Part shown: positions 20,077-29,487 of the stretch, one piece after another
Layout: each line of letters begins with the position of its first letter
Position numbering within the stretch: the stretch's first letter is position 1
Source: an uncultured Clostridia bacterium
GTDB taxonomy: Bacteria > Bacillota > Clostridia > TANB77 > CAG-508
Length of the DNA stretch: 64,000 nt
Reading direction: 5' to 3'
Assembly: GCA_944393505.1 (NCBI GenBank)
Contig: CALYAK010000002.1
Location: forward strand, 37,888-101,887
The notes under the pieces: model-generated
Told to the model about the DNA's origin: nothing
Databases searched by the model: none
Seen by the model: only the letters and a program-made list of their open reading frames with translations
Made by a program: the position numbers and the translations under genes

Positions 20077-21012
20077 TCATTCTTCATTTTTTTCAAAAAT
20101 TCGTAATTTTGCACTTTTTGCTCTTGTATTTTCTTGCATTTCTTTTTCCGATGCTATAATTGGTTTTCGATTTACAATTTTGCCTAAACTTTTCGCACCA
20201 CATACACAATATGGTAAATCTTTTGGACAAGTACATTTTCCTTGTGCTTCTGCATATACTTGTTTCACTGCTCGGTCTTCTAATGAATGAAAAGTAATGA
20301 CACACAATCTTCCTCTTCCCTTTAAAACATCAATACAATCTTGAATCGTATGTTTTAATGGTTGAATTTCATTATTGACTTCAATACGAATTGCTTGAAA
20401 TGTTCTTTTAGCAGGATGTCCATCTTTTTGTTTTGCTTTTGGTATGGATCCTTCAATGATTTCTACTAATTCCTTGGTTGTGCAAATTTCTTTTTCTGAA
20501 CGTTTCTTGCAAATATTACGAGCTATGTTTTTGGCAAATCTTTCTTCTCCATAATCAAATAGGATTTGAACAAGTTTTTCTTCTGGATAGGTATTAACTA
20601 CAATTTTTGCTGTTAGTTCTTGTGATTGATCCATTCGCATGTCTAGATCATTTTCCCCTAAATAGCTAAAACCTCTTTCTTTTTCATCCAATTGATAGGA
20701 AGAAACACCTAAATCGAGAAGAATTCCATCTACTTTTTTGATACCTAGGCTATTTAAAATTTCTTTGATATCATCATGGTTTCCATGGATATATTGAACA
20801 TTTGAATATTCCTTTAGTGTTTCTTTCGCAGCTTTTAGAGCTTCTTCATCTCGATCAATTCCAATTAGCATTCCTTCTTTTGATAAATGTTCTAGGATTG
20901 CTTTACTATGACCTGCTCCTCCTAATGTTCCATCCACATAAATTCCATTTTCTTTGATTTCTAGTCCTTCGATGCACTCATCTCGTAAGACTGGTATATG
21001 TTTAAATTCCAT
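20077..21012 (-). CDS. rsmH: 16S rRNA (cytosine1402-N4)-methyltransferase
   Basis: 311 aa. N-terminal HIPVLRDECIEGL...YVDGTLGGAGHS signature of RsmH/MraW. Confidence 0.9.
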   Translation of the reverse strand: MEFKHIPVLRDECIEGLEIKENGIYVDGTLGGAGHSKAILEHLSKEGMLIGIDRDEEALKAAKETLKEYSNVQYIHGNHDDIKEILNSLGIKKVDGILLDLGVSSYQLDEKERGFSYLGENDLDMRMDQSQELTAKIVVNTYPEEKLVQILFDYGEERFAKNIARNICKKRSEKEICTTKELVEIIEGSIPKAKQKDGHPAKRTFQAIRIEVNNEIQPLKHTIQDCIDVLKGRGRLCVITFHSLEDRAVKQVYAEAQGKCTCPKDLPYCVCGAKSLGKIVNRKPIIASEKEMQENTRAKSAKLRIFEKNEE

Positions 21013-21323
21013 TTTTTACCCTTCCAAGTCTTTGATAGCATAAGCAGTTGGTATTAAAAAAATACCAACTGTATGCCTTCCTCTATCTTTTGTTTCTCTC
21101 CAAATCGTTTCGAAATCTTTTGTTATTTATCCATCTTTGGTTTTACTTTTTTGCACAATTTTGTGCATTTATCTTTTGTACTTTCTTCTTTTTTCTTTGG
21201 TAATTTTTGATTTTCTTTTGTTTCTTTTTGTTTTTTTCTTTTGTAAAAATAATAGATTAGATATTTATCTTTTGTGCTTTTCAAAATTTTATCTTTGGTT
21301 TGATTTATATAAACTTTTGCAAG

Positions 21324-21755
21324 TTATATACCTAACATTGTCATATTTTCAGCGATTTCATCTGCAGAAATATTTTCATCACTGTTATAGACTTTCCATT
21401 TTTCTTTGTTCCAAATTTCAATTCTTGTACCAACACCAATAATGACTGCTTCTTTGTCCATACAAGCATATTCTCTTAAATTCGAAGCAATTAAGAATCT
21501 TCCTTGTTTATCAATTTCGCATTCTGTTGCTCCAGATAGAAAGAATCTTACAAAATCACGAGCATTTTTATTTGTTAGTGGTAGCGTTTTTAACTTCTCT
21601 TCAAAGTTTTTCCATTCATTTTGAGAAAAACCGAATAGGCATCCATCTAACCCTTTTGTTACGATGAACTTTTCTCCTATGTCATCCCTGATCTTTGCTG
21701 GCATGATTAATCTGCCTTTTGCATCTAAGGAATGTTCATATTCCCCTATTAACAC
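21324..21755 (-). CDS. mraZ: transcriptional regulator MraZ
   Basis: 143 aa. [24 protein letters not shown]-terminus and duplicated MraZ domain. Confidence 0.9.
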   Translation of the reverse strand: MLIGEYEHSLDAKGRLIMPAKIRDDIGEKFIVTKGLDGCLFGFSQNEWKNFEEKLKTLPLTNKNARDFVRFFLSGATECEIDKQGRFLIASNLREYACMDKEAVIIGVGTRIEIWNKEKWKVYNSDENISADEIAENMTMLGI

Positions 21756-21781
21756 TTTCTCTCACCTCACTAACATTTTTA

Positions 21782-21826
21782 CTCCACTTTGTACCACTTC
21801 TCTCCACCTGAATAAATTTTATTATA
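21782..21826 (-). promoter_or_regulatory. mraZ promoter region with three GTGG direct repeats at 10-bp spacing (MraZ operator-like) and a TATAAT -10
   Basis: Minus-strand sequence reads TATAAT...caGGTGGAGAGAAGTGGTACAAAGTGGAGTAAA, i.e. three GTGGN repeats each separated by a 5-nt spacer. This matches the architecture of MraZ binding sites in E. coli and B. subtilis. Confidence 0.45.
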
Positions 21827-22061
21827 GGATATTTAAAAAATCAAGTACTTTTTTCATTTTTTTCGAAAAATTTTTCATCTTTTTACTAAGAATGAAAACG
21901 GTTTTCCACAGAAATGATAAAAATTCTCTTATTCATACAGAAAAAAAGCCTTTGTTTTCACCTAAACAAAGACTTTTTTATTTTTCCTTTCCATTTTTCT
22001 TTCTAATTTTTTCTTTAACTTTACCTTTACCTTATTTAATTTTCCTTTATTTTTTTCTATT

Positions 22062-22559
22062 TTATTGAAAGTAGGAACTAATTTCTTCCAAGCCTTCAAA
22101 TTCTTTTTGTCTTAAAATTTCATACACAATGATCGCAACTGAATTCGATAAATTTAAAGAACGAAGTGTACTTCTCATGGGGATACGAATAGCACGATCT
22201 AAATGTTCTTGTAATAGATCCTCCGGAAGTCCTTTCGTTTCTTTTCCAAACAACACAAATACTTCTTCCATTTTAGTATAATCTACTTCTGTATAGGTTT
22301 TCTGAGACTTTGTACTTGCTAAAAACATCGCATGTTGTTCGATTGGATAGGCTTTCAAAAACTCTGTTAAAGATTCATGTTCTTCAATTTCTAGTTTGTC
22401 CCAATAATCCAATCCTGCTCTTTTTAAATACTTATCCTGAATTTCAAATCCTAATGGTTTTACTAAATGTAGTTTTGCTCCAATGGCAGCACAAGTTCTA
22501 GCAATATTTCCTGTATTTTGTGGTATTTCTGGTTCGACCATAACAACGTGTATTTTCAT
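22062..22559 (-). CDS. trmL: tRNA (cytidine/uridine-2'-O)-methyltransferase TrmL (SpoU family)
   Basis: 165 aa. MKIHVVMVEPEIPQNTGNIARTCAA N-terminus typical of TrmL/YibK. Confidence 0.8.
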   Translation of the reverse strand: MKIHVVMVEPEIPQNTGNIARTCAAIGAKLHLVKPLGFEIQDKYLKRAGLDYWDKLEIEEHESLTEFLKAYPIEQHAMFLASTKSQKTYTEVDYTKMEEVFVLFGKETKGLPEDLLQEHLDRAIRIPMRSTLRSLNLSNSVAIIVYEILRQKEFEGLEEISSYFQ

Positions 22560-23612
22560 CTATTCTTTCATCCTTTCAATCTTTCCTCCGCCAATCACTT
22601 GATCTTTTTGATAGAAAACCGCAGATTGACCTGGTGTAATTCCTTTTTGTGGCTCATAGAGGTCAACGATCACCTTTTCACCTTGCTTGCTGATCTTTGC
22701 TTTCGCTTCTTTTGCATGATAGCGAACCTTTACCGTTACCTCAAGTGTTTTTTCTTTGTAATCACTTAACCAATTAACATCACTAACTTGGAATTGACTT
22801 TGGTAAAGTTCGGCTTCTTCTCCAACGACAAGTTCATTTTTTTCCTCGCGAAAACCTCTCACAAAAAGTGGTACAGGATTAGCAATTCCTAATCCTCTTC
22901 TTTGTCCAATGGTATAGTGGTGTAACCCTTTATGAATGCCAAGGATTTTTCCTTCTTGATTGACAATTTTTCCTTTCTTTGCTTTCTTTCCCATTTGTTT
23001 TTCTAGGAAACTTGCATAATCGCCATCTGGAATAAAGCAAATATCTTGGCTATCCGGTTTTTCAGCAATTGGTAACTGATATTTTTTTGCAATTTCTCGA
23101 ATTTCTTCCTTGCTTTCATAACCTTCCAATGGGAACAAAATATGGGATAATAACTCTTTTGGAATAGCATATAGTACATAGCTTTGATCCTTTTGCAAAG
23201 AAGCAGATTTTTTTAAAACCATCTCTCCCGTCTCTACATCTTTTTCAATCCTTGCATAATGCCCTGTTGCAATTTTATCAATTCCTAAGCTTTGAGCAAA
23301 CTCATACATTTTTCCAAATTTCAAGTAACGATTACATTCTACACAAGGATTCGGAGTTAGACACTGCTCATAACATTTCACAAAAGGATCAATCACTCTC
23401 CTTTTGAATTCTGCTGTTTCATCTAAGGTATAATGTTGGATTCCTAATTGATCACATACTTTCTTAGCATCTTCCCTTTCTTTTTCATTGGTTCCAATTA
23501 AGTTCATGGTTACACCAACGACTTCATACCCTTGCTCTTTTAGTAAAATAGCTGAAACGCTACTGTCTACACCTCCACTCATTCCTAGTAAAACTTTTTC
23601 TTTTTGATTCAT
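22560..23612 (-). CDS. mnmA: tRNA-specific 2-thiouridylase
   Basis: 350 aa. PP-loop LLGMSGGVDSSVSA, catalytic Cys region, and C-terminal beta-barrel. Confidence 0.9.
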   Translation of the reverse strand: MNQKEKVLLGMSGGVDSSVSAILLKEQGYEVVGVTMNLIGTNEKEREDAKKVCDQLGIQHYTLDETAEFKRRVIDPFVKCYEQCLTPNPCVECNRYLKFGKMYEFAQSLGIDKIATGHYARIEKDVETGEMVLKKSASLQKDQSYVLYAIPKELLSHILFPLEGYESKEEIREIAKKYQLPIAEKPDSQDICFIPDGDYASFLEKQMGKKAKKGKIVNQEGKILGIHKGLHHYTIGQRRGLGIANPVPLFVRGFREEKNELVVGEEAELYQSQFQVSDVNWLSDYKEKTLEVTVKVRYHAKEAKAKISKQGEKVIVDLYEPQKGITPGQSAVFYQKDQVIGGGKIERMKE

Positions 23613-24077
23613 TTATTGGTTTCTCTCTTTCTTTCGATTTTTTACTCTTTCACATTCTCTACATTTTTTTCTTTTTCCATCATAACAGCAATCCAAATCT
23701 TCAATATCAATAATACTTTCAATATATTGTTCCAACTTTTGAACTGTTTCTTCTGAGATGGCATACTTCATACTTTCTGCTTCCTGACTTGCAACTTCTT
23801 CTGGTACTTCTAACACTTTCATCAAAAACGCTTTTAATACCACCCATGTTTTTTGGATTTTTTCCGCTTCTTCTTTTCCGCGTGGAGTCAAATTAATTTT
23901 TCCATAGGCTTCATATTGAATAAATCCTTGTGCGTCTAATACCTTTAAAGCTCGGTTTACACTTGGTTTGGAACATGCTCTTTTTTGCGCAATATCGGTT
24001 ACACGCACATTTTGATTTTCTTTTTCCAATACATAAATCGTTTTTAAATATTCTTCAATGGAATGAGATTGTCTCAT
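23613..24077 (-). CDS. DtxR/MntR-family transcriptional regulator with atypical C-terminal Cys cluster
   Basis: 154 aa. N-terminal wHTH typical of DtxR family (SIEEYLKTIYVLE...VTDIAQKRACSKPSVNRALKVL). C-terminus is CCYDGKRKKCRECE; canonical His metal ligands appear absent. Confidence 0.65.
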   Translation of the reverse strand: MRQSHSIEEYLKTIYVLEKENQNVRVTDIAQKRACSKPSVNRALKVLDAQGFIQYEAYGKINLTPRGKEEAEKIQKTWVVLKAFLMKVLEVPEEVASQEAESMKYAISEETVQKLEQYIESIIDIEDLDCCYDGKRKKCRECERVKNRKKERNQ

Positions 24078-24082
24078 CTTTC

Positions 24083-25168
24083 TTATTCCTCTCTTTTTTC
24101 AATTTCTCGATAATCATATTCACAAGCTCGAATCAAACGGTTCATAATGGCAAGTCCAAGTTCTTCTTTTCGAACTCCTTCGATTAAAACAAGATCCGCT
24201 CCATAATGATCCACTTTTCGAAGTAAGGTAAAGATTCGATTGGATACTTCTTCTAAGTTCTCTCTTTTTCCCATATCCAAAATGTCTTCAATCTTTTCTG
24301 TTCGATATTTTTCGAGATCTTCACTCAATGCAAGTACTAAGATTTTCTTGCCTTCCTGATTTGCCTTTTGAATTTCGCTTTTCATCCCTTGAACCATCCA
24401 TACTGGATCTTGGCTATAGATCATACGACATTTTGTTTTCGGTGCATAATGGCGATATTTCATTCCCGGTGATTCTACTTTTTCATCCTGCTTTTGGATT
24501 TGTTGAAATATATGAGAATCAATCTCACCTTTTCCACAAACTTTTTGAATCTCCTCCAAGGTTACTCTTCCCGGTCTTAGGATCGTAGGGATTCCATCGA
24601 TTACTTTGACAACCGTAGATTCTAATCCAATACGGCTCTGTCCACCATCAATGAGTACCGCTACTTTTTGTTTTAAGCCTTGATCAATATCTTCCATTAA
24701 GGTTCCACTTGGTTTTCCGGATAAATTGGCACTTGGTGCTGCAATTGGTCTTCCAAGCTCTTGAATTAACTGATGCGCAATCTCGTCACTTGGCATACGA
24801 ATTCCAACCGTATCATTTCCTGCTGTTACTTCATCTGGTACACATTCTTTTTTCTGTAAAATGATGGTTAGTGGTCCTGGCATAAAAGCTTGGATCAATT
24901 TTTCTTCCATTTGACTTGTTACGACTGCTACTTGATCAATCATGTTTCGGTCTGCCACATGTAAAATTAAAGGATTATCCTGTTTTCTTCCTTTTGCTTC
25001 AAAAATTTTTCGAACTGCTTTGCTTTGTAATCCATCTGCACCTAGTCCATATACCGTTTCTGTCGGCATAATGACAAGTTCTCCATTTTGTAAGGCTTCT
25101 ACTGCTTTTGTTAAATCTTTCTTTTCTCCATTTTCGTGATTTCTAAAATCTAGATAGATTGTCTCCAT
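24083..25168 (-). CDS. L-threonylcarbamoyladenylate synthase (Sua5/YwlC type, with C-terminal Sua5 domain)
   Basis: 361 aa. YrdC-fold motif LVIMPTETVYGLGADGL, plus the C-terminal extension typical of long-form Sua5. Confidence 0.85.
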   Translation of the reverse strand: METIYLDFRNHENGEKKDLTKAVEALQNGELVIMPTETVYGLGADGLQSKAVRKIFEAKGRKQDNPLILHVADRNMIDQVAVVTSQMEEKLIQAFMPGPLTIILQKKECVPDEVTAGNDTVGIRMPSDEIAHQLIQELGRPIAAPSANLSGKPSGTLMEDIDQGLKQKVAVLIDGGQSRIGLESTVVKVIDGIPTILRPGRVTLEEIQKVCGKGEIDSHIFQQIQKQDEKVESPGMKYRHYAPKTKCRMIYSQDPVWMVQGMKSEIQKANQEGKKILVLALSEDLEKYRTEKIEDILDMGKRENLEEVSNRIFTLLRKVDHYGADLVLIEGVRKEELGLAIMNRLIRACEYDYREIEKREE

Positions 25169-25261
25169 GTCTACTTCCTCTTTTTCTGTTTTCGTCTGGT
25201 ATTATATCACATTTTCCGCTTTTTTCCAACACTTCTTCCCTTTCTCTTCTTGCTTTCAAAC

Positions 25262-25283
25262 AAAAAAGCAGGAATCCTGCTTT
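25262..25283 (-). terminator. short hairpin plus T-tract after the phosphoesterase gene
   Basis: aagcagg-aat-cctgctt stem-loop, followed on the minus strand by TTTTTTG. Confidence 0.35.
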
Positions 25284-25823
25284 CTATTTTCGATAATTTC
25301 GAGCTTCTATACAATTACCTTCGATATCTTTTAATTGAATTTCTTGATCATCAATCACTAAATAGCTATGTGGTGTTTGCTCTTTTGGTAATGAGATTGA
25401 ACCTGCATTAACTGCTAAGATTCCATCTTTTTCCTTGATGAATCCGGTATGAAAATGCCCATACACAATCACATCCATATCGTCTGGCAAATGATCAATA
25501 TTTTCGTGATGCCCATGTGTAAAAAAGAAACGAACCCCGTGAATCGTCATACGAATCTGATTTTCAAAAGGAAACTCAGATATCATTTCATCCACTTCTG
25601 CATCACAATTTCCTCTTACACACAAAATTTTTTCTTTGAATTGATTCAAAGTATTGGCCACTTCCTTCGGATTGTATTCTTTGGTTAGTGGATTTCTCGG
25701 TCCGTGATAATACAGGTCACCTAATAGGATGATTTGATCTGGTTCCTCTCTTTGAATGATTTCTTTGATCTGATTCGCATAATAGTTTGATCCGTGAATA
25801 TCGGATACAACAAGATATTTCAT
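25284..25823 (-). CDS. metallophosphoesterase (YfcE-like phosphodiesterase)
   Basis: 179 aa. MKYLVVSDIHGS, GDLYYHG, GNCD, GHFH motifs of the calcineurin-like family. Confidence 0.8.
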   Translation of the reverse strand: MKYLVVSDIHGSNYYANQIKEIIQREEPDQIILLGDLYYHGPRNPLTKEYNPKEVANTLNQFKEKILCVRGNCDAEVDEMISEFPFENQIRMTIHGVRFFFTHGHHENIDHLPDDMDVIVYGHFHTGFIKEKDGILAVNAGSISLPKEQTPHSYLVIDDQEIQLKDIEGNCIEARNYRK

Positions 25824-25856
25824 ATTCTTCCTCTCTTCCTTTTTTTCTATTTTTTT

Positions 25857-26366
25857 CTATTTTCCATTCTTATTTTTTTCTAAGTCAAAATAGTAAAGTT
25901 TTTCCCCATTGCTTAATTTTTCAAGATAGATTGCGCCAAATTTTTCGTAATAATTTTCTAAATTCGTTTTTAAATAAAGCTTTTTAAATTTTCTCTTTCT
26001 TGCTTCTTCTAAAATTGCATCATTTAAACTTCTCGAATAGCCTCTTCCACGATATTCTTCTTTGACATACATCGTTGCATACCACGGTGATAGGTCTCTT
26101 CGTTCTTCTCCATCAAATTCAAAAATTGAAATAAAGCCAATTAATTTTTCATCTTCTAATAGAATCAATTTGCAATAATTTGGATTCTTGAAATTTGCTT
26201 TTATCTTTGCAATCTTCTTTTCAATTTTTTCTTGAAATTCTTTCTCAGAATTTGTTTTGCTTCCCCACTCTTTTTGTGTTAATTCGGATACTTCTCTTAA
26301 ATATTCTTGCTTTTCTTCAATTGGATAAATTTTTAACATCTTATCTCCTCTTTTAACAAATTCCAA
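25857..26366 (-). CDS. GNAT family acetyltransferase
   Basis: 169 aa. Acetyl-CoA binding region RGRGYSRSLNDA. Confidence 0.6.
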   Translation of the reverse strand: MEFVKRGDKMLKIYPIEEKQEYLREVSELTQKEWGSKTNSEKEFQEKIEKKIAKIKANFKNPNYCKLILLEDEKLIGFISIFEFDGEERRDLSPWYATMYVKEEYRGRGYSRSLNDAILEEARKRKFKKLYLKTNLENYYEKFGAIYLEKLSNGEKLYYFDLEKNKNGK

Positions 26367-26868
26367 AGGCCGGATCGTATTCTACCACTCCATTTACAGC
26401 ATCTGCTTTTGCATTCAATTTTAATGCCATGAAAAATTCATCTTCTACTGGAAAAGGTGCTGTTATCTGATATTGACTAGCCGGAATGCATCCAAACTTT
26501 GAATAATAGTTGGGAGATCCTAAAACAATTGAATAATCATAATTTAATTGTTGCGCGATACGATGACCTTCTTGGATAAGACTCTTTCCTATGCCTTTTC
26601 TCTGGTATTCCGGTAATACCGCTAAAGGTGCTAAAGCAAGTTCTGTCTTTTTTCCAATTTTCACTTTGGAAAACAGAATATGTCCAATCACTTTTTGTTG
26701 TTCAACAGCCACTAGAGATAATTCTGGAATAAAGGCTTGACTTTTTCTAAGATTTGCAACTAAATCCGCCTCATTTCCATCGCAATGTTCTGCTGAAGCA
26801 AATGCAAATTTAATGACTTGACCAACTTCTTCATAATCACTTTCTCTTTCTTGTCGAATTTCGATCAT
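26353..26868 (-). CDS. GNAT family N-acetyltransferase
   Basis: 171 aa. QRKGIGKSLI motif. Overlaps the next GNAT gene by 14 nt. Confidence 0.7.
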   Translation of the reverse strand: MIEIRQERESDYEEVGQVIKFAFASAEHCDGNEADLVANLRKSQAFIPELSLVAVEQQKVIGHILFSKVKIGKKTELALAPLAVLPEYQRKGIGKSLIQEGHRIAQQLNYDYSIVLGSPNYYSKFGCIPASQYQITAPFPVEDEFFMALKLNAKADAVNGVVEYDPAFGIC

Positions 26869-26878
26869 AAATCTCTCC

Positions 26879-27367
26879 TTAAAAAATTTTATTTTTCTTT
26901 TTTAATTTTTCTAAGACTTGTTTTAAATCCTGCTCAAATACCGTATCTTTTGCCAAATCGAAAAACCATTTTTCTGTTTCGTAAATATACTTTTTTTGAA
27001 ATAGGATGGAAGCAAAATGTGCTTCTGCTAAATTATGAATTCGATCTGCTAGTTTAACCATTCTCGCCATATCATTCTTTTTGATTCTGTTCATATATTC
27101 CTTCATTTGGTATCCCGGCTCTTTGGTTACTAATCTTACCGCTTCTGCAATTTCTGGATTTGTCTTTTCTAGAATTTCTTCATAAGTAGTATCTGTATCT
27201 TCTAATAAATCATGAAACAGTCCTACGATTTGATAATCCATTGGAAATCCTTTTTCTTTTAGCAAATTACTGACTGCTATAGGATGTAAATAATAAGGGG
27301 TTCCCTGTTTTCTTTTTTGCCCTTTATGTTTTTCTTGGATATATTCAATCATTTCCTCTCGATCCAT
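26879..27367 (-). CDS. HD-domain phosphohydrolase, small alarmone hydrolase-like (RelA/SpoT hydrolase-domain fold)
   Basis: 162 aa. YYLHPIAVSNLL ... GLFHDLLEDT matches the HD motif of (p)ppGpp hydrolase domains. Confidence 0.55.
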   Translation of the reverse strand: MDREEMIEYIQEKHKGQKRKQGTPYYLHPIAVSNLLKEKGFPMDYQIVGLFHDLLEDTDTTYEEILEKTNPEIAEAVRLVTKEPGYQMKEYMNRIKKNDMARMVKLADRIHNLAEAHFASILFQKKYIYETEKWFFDLAKDTVFEQDLKQVLEKLKKKNKIF

Positions 27368-27384
27368 GTTATGACTCCTTTTTC

Positions 27385-28158
27385 TTACTTTTTGGGTATT
27401 TCTTCTTGAAAAACAATTTTGTCTTTCTCATCTGCTTGTAATATTTGAGCTAACTTCCATCGAGCCGCTTCTTCATCTCGAACAAATTTCCAATATTCGA
27501 CAAATATTGTTTTTGCATTTTTTCCTTCTACAATGAGATTGGTCGTTGTATCGATTGTATAGTCAATCATACTCCCACGAATATAATACCAAACACAGTC
27601 TTTGGTATTGTCCGGATCATCTTGCACCGAAACAGGTATTGCTTCTAATAGCGAAATCTTTTTTAAAACATTTTTCTGGTTACGGATTTTCATCCATTCA
27701 ATTTTCGTCTGAAGTGTCTGGTAATATTCTTCTTCAATCCAGTCTTTTGCTTGGGTCATATCTTGATCTCCCCACGCTTTCTGAATTTTATAATAAGCTG
27801 TTTCTACTTGTTTTTGAATTTTTTTGTATTTCCACATCGCATCTTTATCATCTAACAAATCCATCAGCTTTTTACTGTTTCTTTTTGCTTTTTTTAATCG
27901 AAATCGAAAAACAATGGCTGAAAATCCAGCTACAATCGAAAACATGATATATTGAAAAATTGTCACAATTGGGTTAGAATTACTATTACTTTGTGCATGT
28001 GAATGAGAACCAGAAGAAGAACTACTACTTGAACTAGAACCTCCAGAAGAACTGCCTCCTCCGGAAGATCCCCCGCCTCCCACTCTGGCATAGCACATTG
28101 TTGTACATAAACTCATGATTAAAAATAGTGAAATCACAATTTTTATTCTTTTTTTCAT
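27385..28158 (-). CDS. membrane-anchored Tim44-like domain protein with Gly/Ser-rich linker
   Basis: 257 aa. Signal/TM, a (G/S)n low-complexity tract, a second TM, and a C-terminal domain with Tim44-like sequence features (WKYKKIQ...AWGDQDM). Confidence 0.5.
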   Translation of the reverse strand: MKKRIKIVISLFLIMSLCTTMCYARVGGGGSSGGGSSSGGSSSSSSSSSGSHSHAQSNSNSNPIVTIFQYIMFSIVAGFSAIVFRFRLKKAKRNSKKLMDLLDDKDAMWKYKKIQKQVETAYYKIQKAWGDQDMTQAKDWIEEEYYQTLQTKIEWMKIRNQKNVLKKISLLEAIPVSVQDDPDNTKDCVWYYIRGSMIDYTIDTTTNLIVEGKNAKTIFVEYWKFVRDEEAARWKLAQILQADEKDKIVFQEEIPKK

Positions 28159-28194
28159 ACATCATTCTCCTATTTTTCTTTTTTGTATCTTATC

Positions 28195-28686
28195 TTAAAA
28201 CTCGAATCTTTGTATTTCATTTCCGTTGTCTTTTAACATTTTTTCTAAATCCTTTGGTTGTATCCAAATTGTTGCTGTATTTTCGTTTGGATGAACTCCT
28301 ATTACATCAAATGACAGAATCTCAGAATCGATGATTACTTTTACCATTCCTTCTTTGTCATTTAAAATTCCCATTGGCGTTACCGATCCTTTTTTTAAGC
28401 CTAAATGCAAATACAAATCCTCTTCACTTGCAAAACTCAGTGGCCTTGCTCCTAACATTTCGCGTAATTGTTTCAAAGAAATGCTTTTATCCTTTTGCAA
28501 AAGTACGAGATAATAGTTACGTTTCTTATCATCTCGTAAAAAAAGATTTTTGATCACATTCTCTGTTTTCTCCATTCCTAGCTCATTCATTTCTTCAATT
28601 GTATAGACTGGCTTATGTTCTGTGACAGAAAATGAAATGCCTAATTCTTTTAATTTTTCATAAACTTCTTGTTTGGTTGTTATCAT
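28195..28686 (-). CDS. YbaK/ProX-type aminoacyl-tRNA deacylase
   Basis: 163 aa. Size and conserved GSVTPMG-like segment typical of the YbaK/ProX editing domain. Confidence 0.65.
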   Translation of the reverse strand: MITTKQEVYEKLKELGISFSVTEHKPVYTIEEMNELGMEKTENVIKNLFLRDDKKRNYYLVLLQKDKSISLKQLREMLGARPLSFASEEDLYLHLGLKKGSVTPMGILNDKEGMVKVIIDSEILSFDVIGVHPNENTATIWIQPKDLEKMLKDNGNEIQRFEF

Positions 28687-28791
28687 ATCTTTATCCTTTT
28701 TTCTTACTTTGCTTTTTCATTCATTTTTCTTTGATCTATTTTATCAAAAAAAGAGCAAATTTCCAATTAAATCTGCTCTTTTTTCGAAACT

Positions 28792-29427
28792 CTATCGAAT
28801 AAAATTGGTGAAATGAATTTCTTCTTGTTTTGGAAGCTCAATTCCTTTTTCTTTTCCTGCCTCAATGCATTTTAGATAATATGCCATATTTCTTCCTAAA
28901 ATTCTCATTATTTGCATACCTTCTTCATCTTTTCTTACATCATCCGGTGTTGCTCCATGTACCATATTCCAGTATCGAGATGAAATAATCGGCATCTGTG
29001 TAATTCCGAAATATTTATTTAACTGATCATAGGTTGCAGTCGTACCAGCTCTTCTTGCTGAGATCACAGTTGCTGCTGGTTTGTATAAAAATACATCTCC
29101 TTTTCCAGCTTGGAAAGCAGAATAAAAAGCTCGATCCATAAATCCTGTCATATTTCCAGTTGCTCCCGCATAATGAACGGGACTTCCAAAGATAAAACCA
29201 TCTGCTTCTTTTGCTTTTTCTACAAATTCATTTACCGTATCCTCAAATACACATTTCCCTAATTTTGCACAAGCTTTACAAGCAATGCAACCACCAACTG
29301 GTTTATTTCCAACCCAATAGATTTCGGTTTGGATTCCTTCTTCCTCTAACGTTTTTGCTACCTCACTTAATGCGGTATAAGTACAGCCTTCTTTATGAGG
29401 ACTTCCATTTACAAGTAATACTTTCAT
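28792..29427 (-). CDS. iron-sulfur flavoprotein (NADPH-dependent FMN reductase/flavodoxin-like)
   Basis: 211 aa. MKVLLVNGSPHKEG flavodoxin-like start and compact Cys motif CIACKACAKLGKC (Cx2Cx2Cx5C) characteristic of Isf proteins. Confidence 0.7.
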   Translation of the reverse strand: MKVLLVNGSPHKEGCTYTALSEVAKTLEEEGIQTEIYWVGNKPVGGCIACKACAKLGKCVFEDTVNEFVEKAKEADGFIFGSPVHYAGATGNMTGFMDRAFYSAFQAGKGDVFLYKPAATVISARRAGTTATYDQLNKYFGITQMPIISSRYWNMVHGATPDDVRKDEEGMQIMRILGRNMAYYLKCIEAGKEKGIELPKQEEIHFTNFIR

Positions 29428-29487
29428 TTTCTTACCTCCTCTTTTTTTATTATATTAAGTAGAAAGTTGTTTTTCGTCAATGTTTTT

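Noticed and set aside
21016-21085. Inverted repeat cagttggtat-aaaaaaa-ataccaactg between rsmH and mraZ as a terminator
   Set aside because: The stem is perfect but the loop is an A/T run and there is no downstream U-tract in the direction of transcription. It may be a structured RNA or protein site but not a convincing intrinsic terminator.
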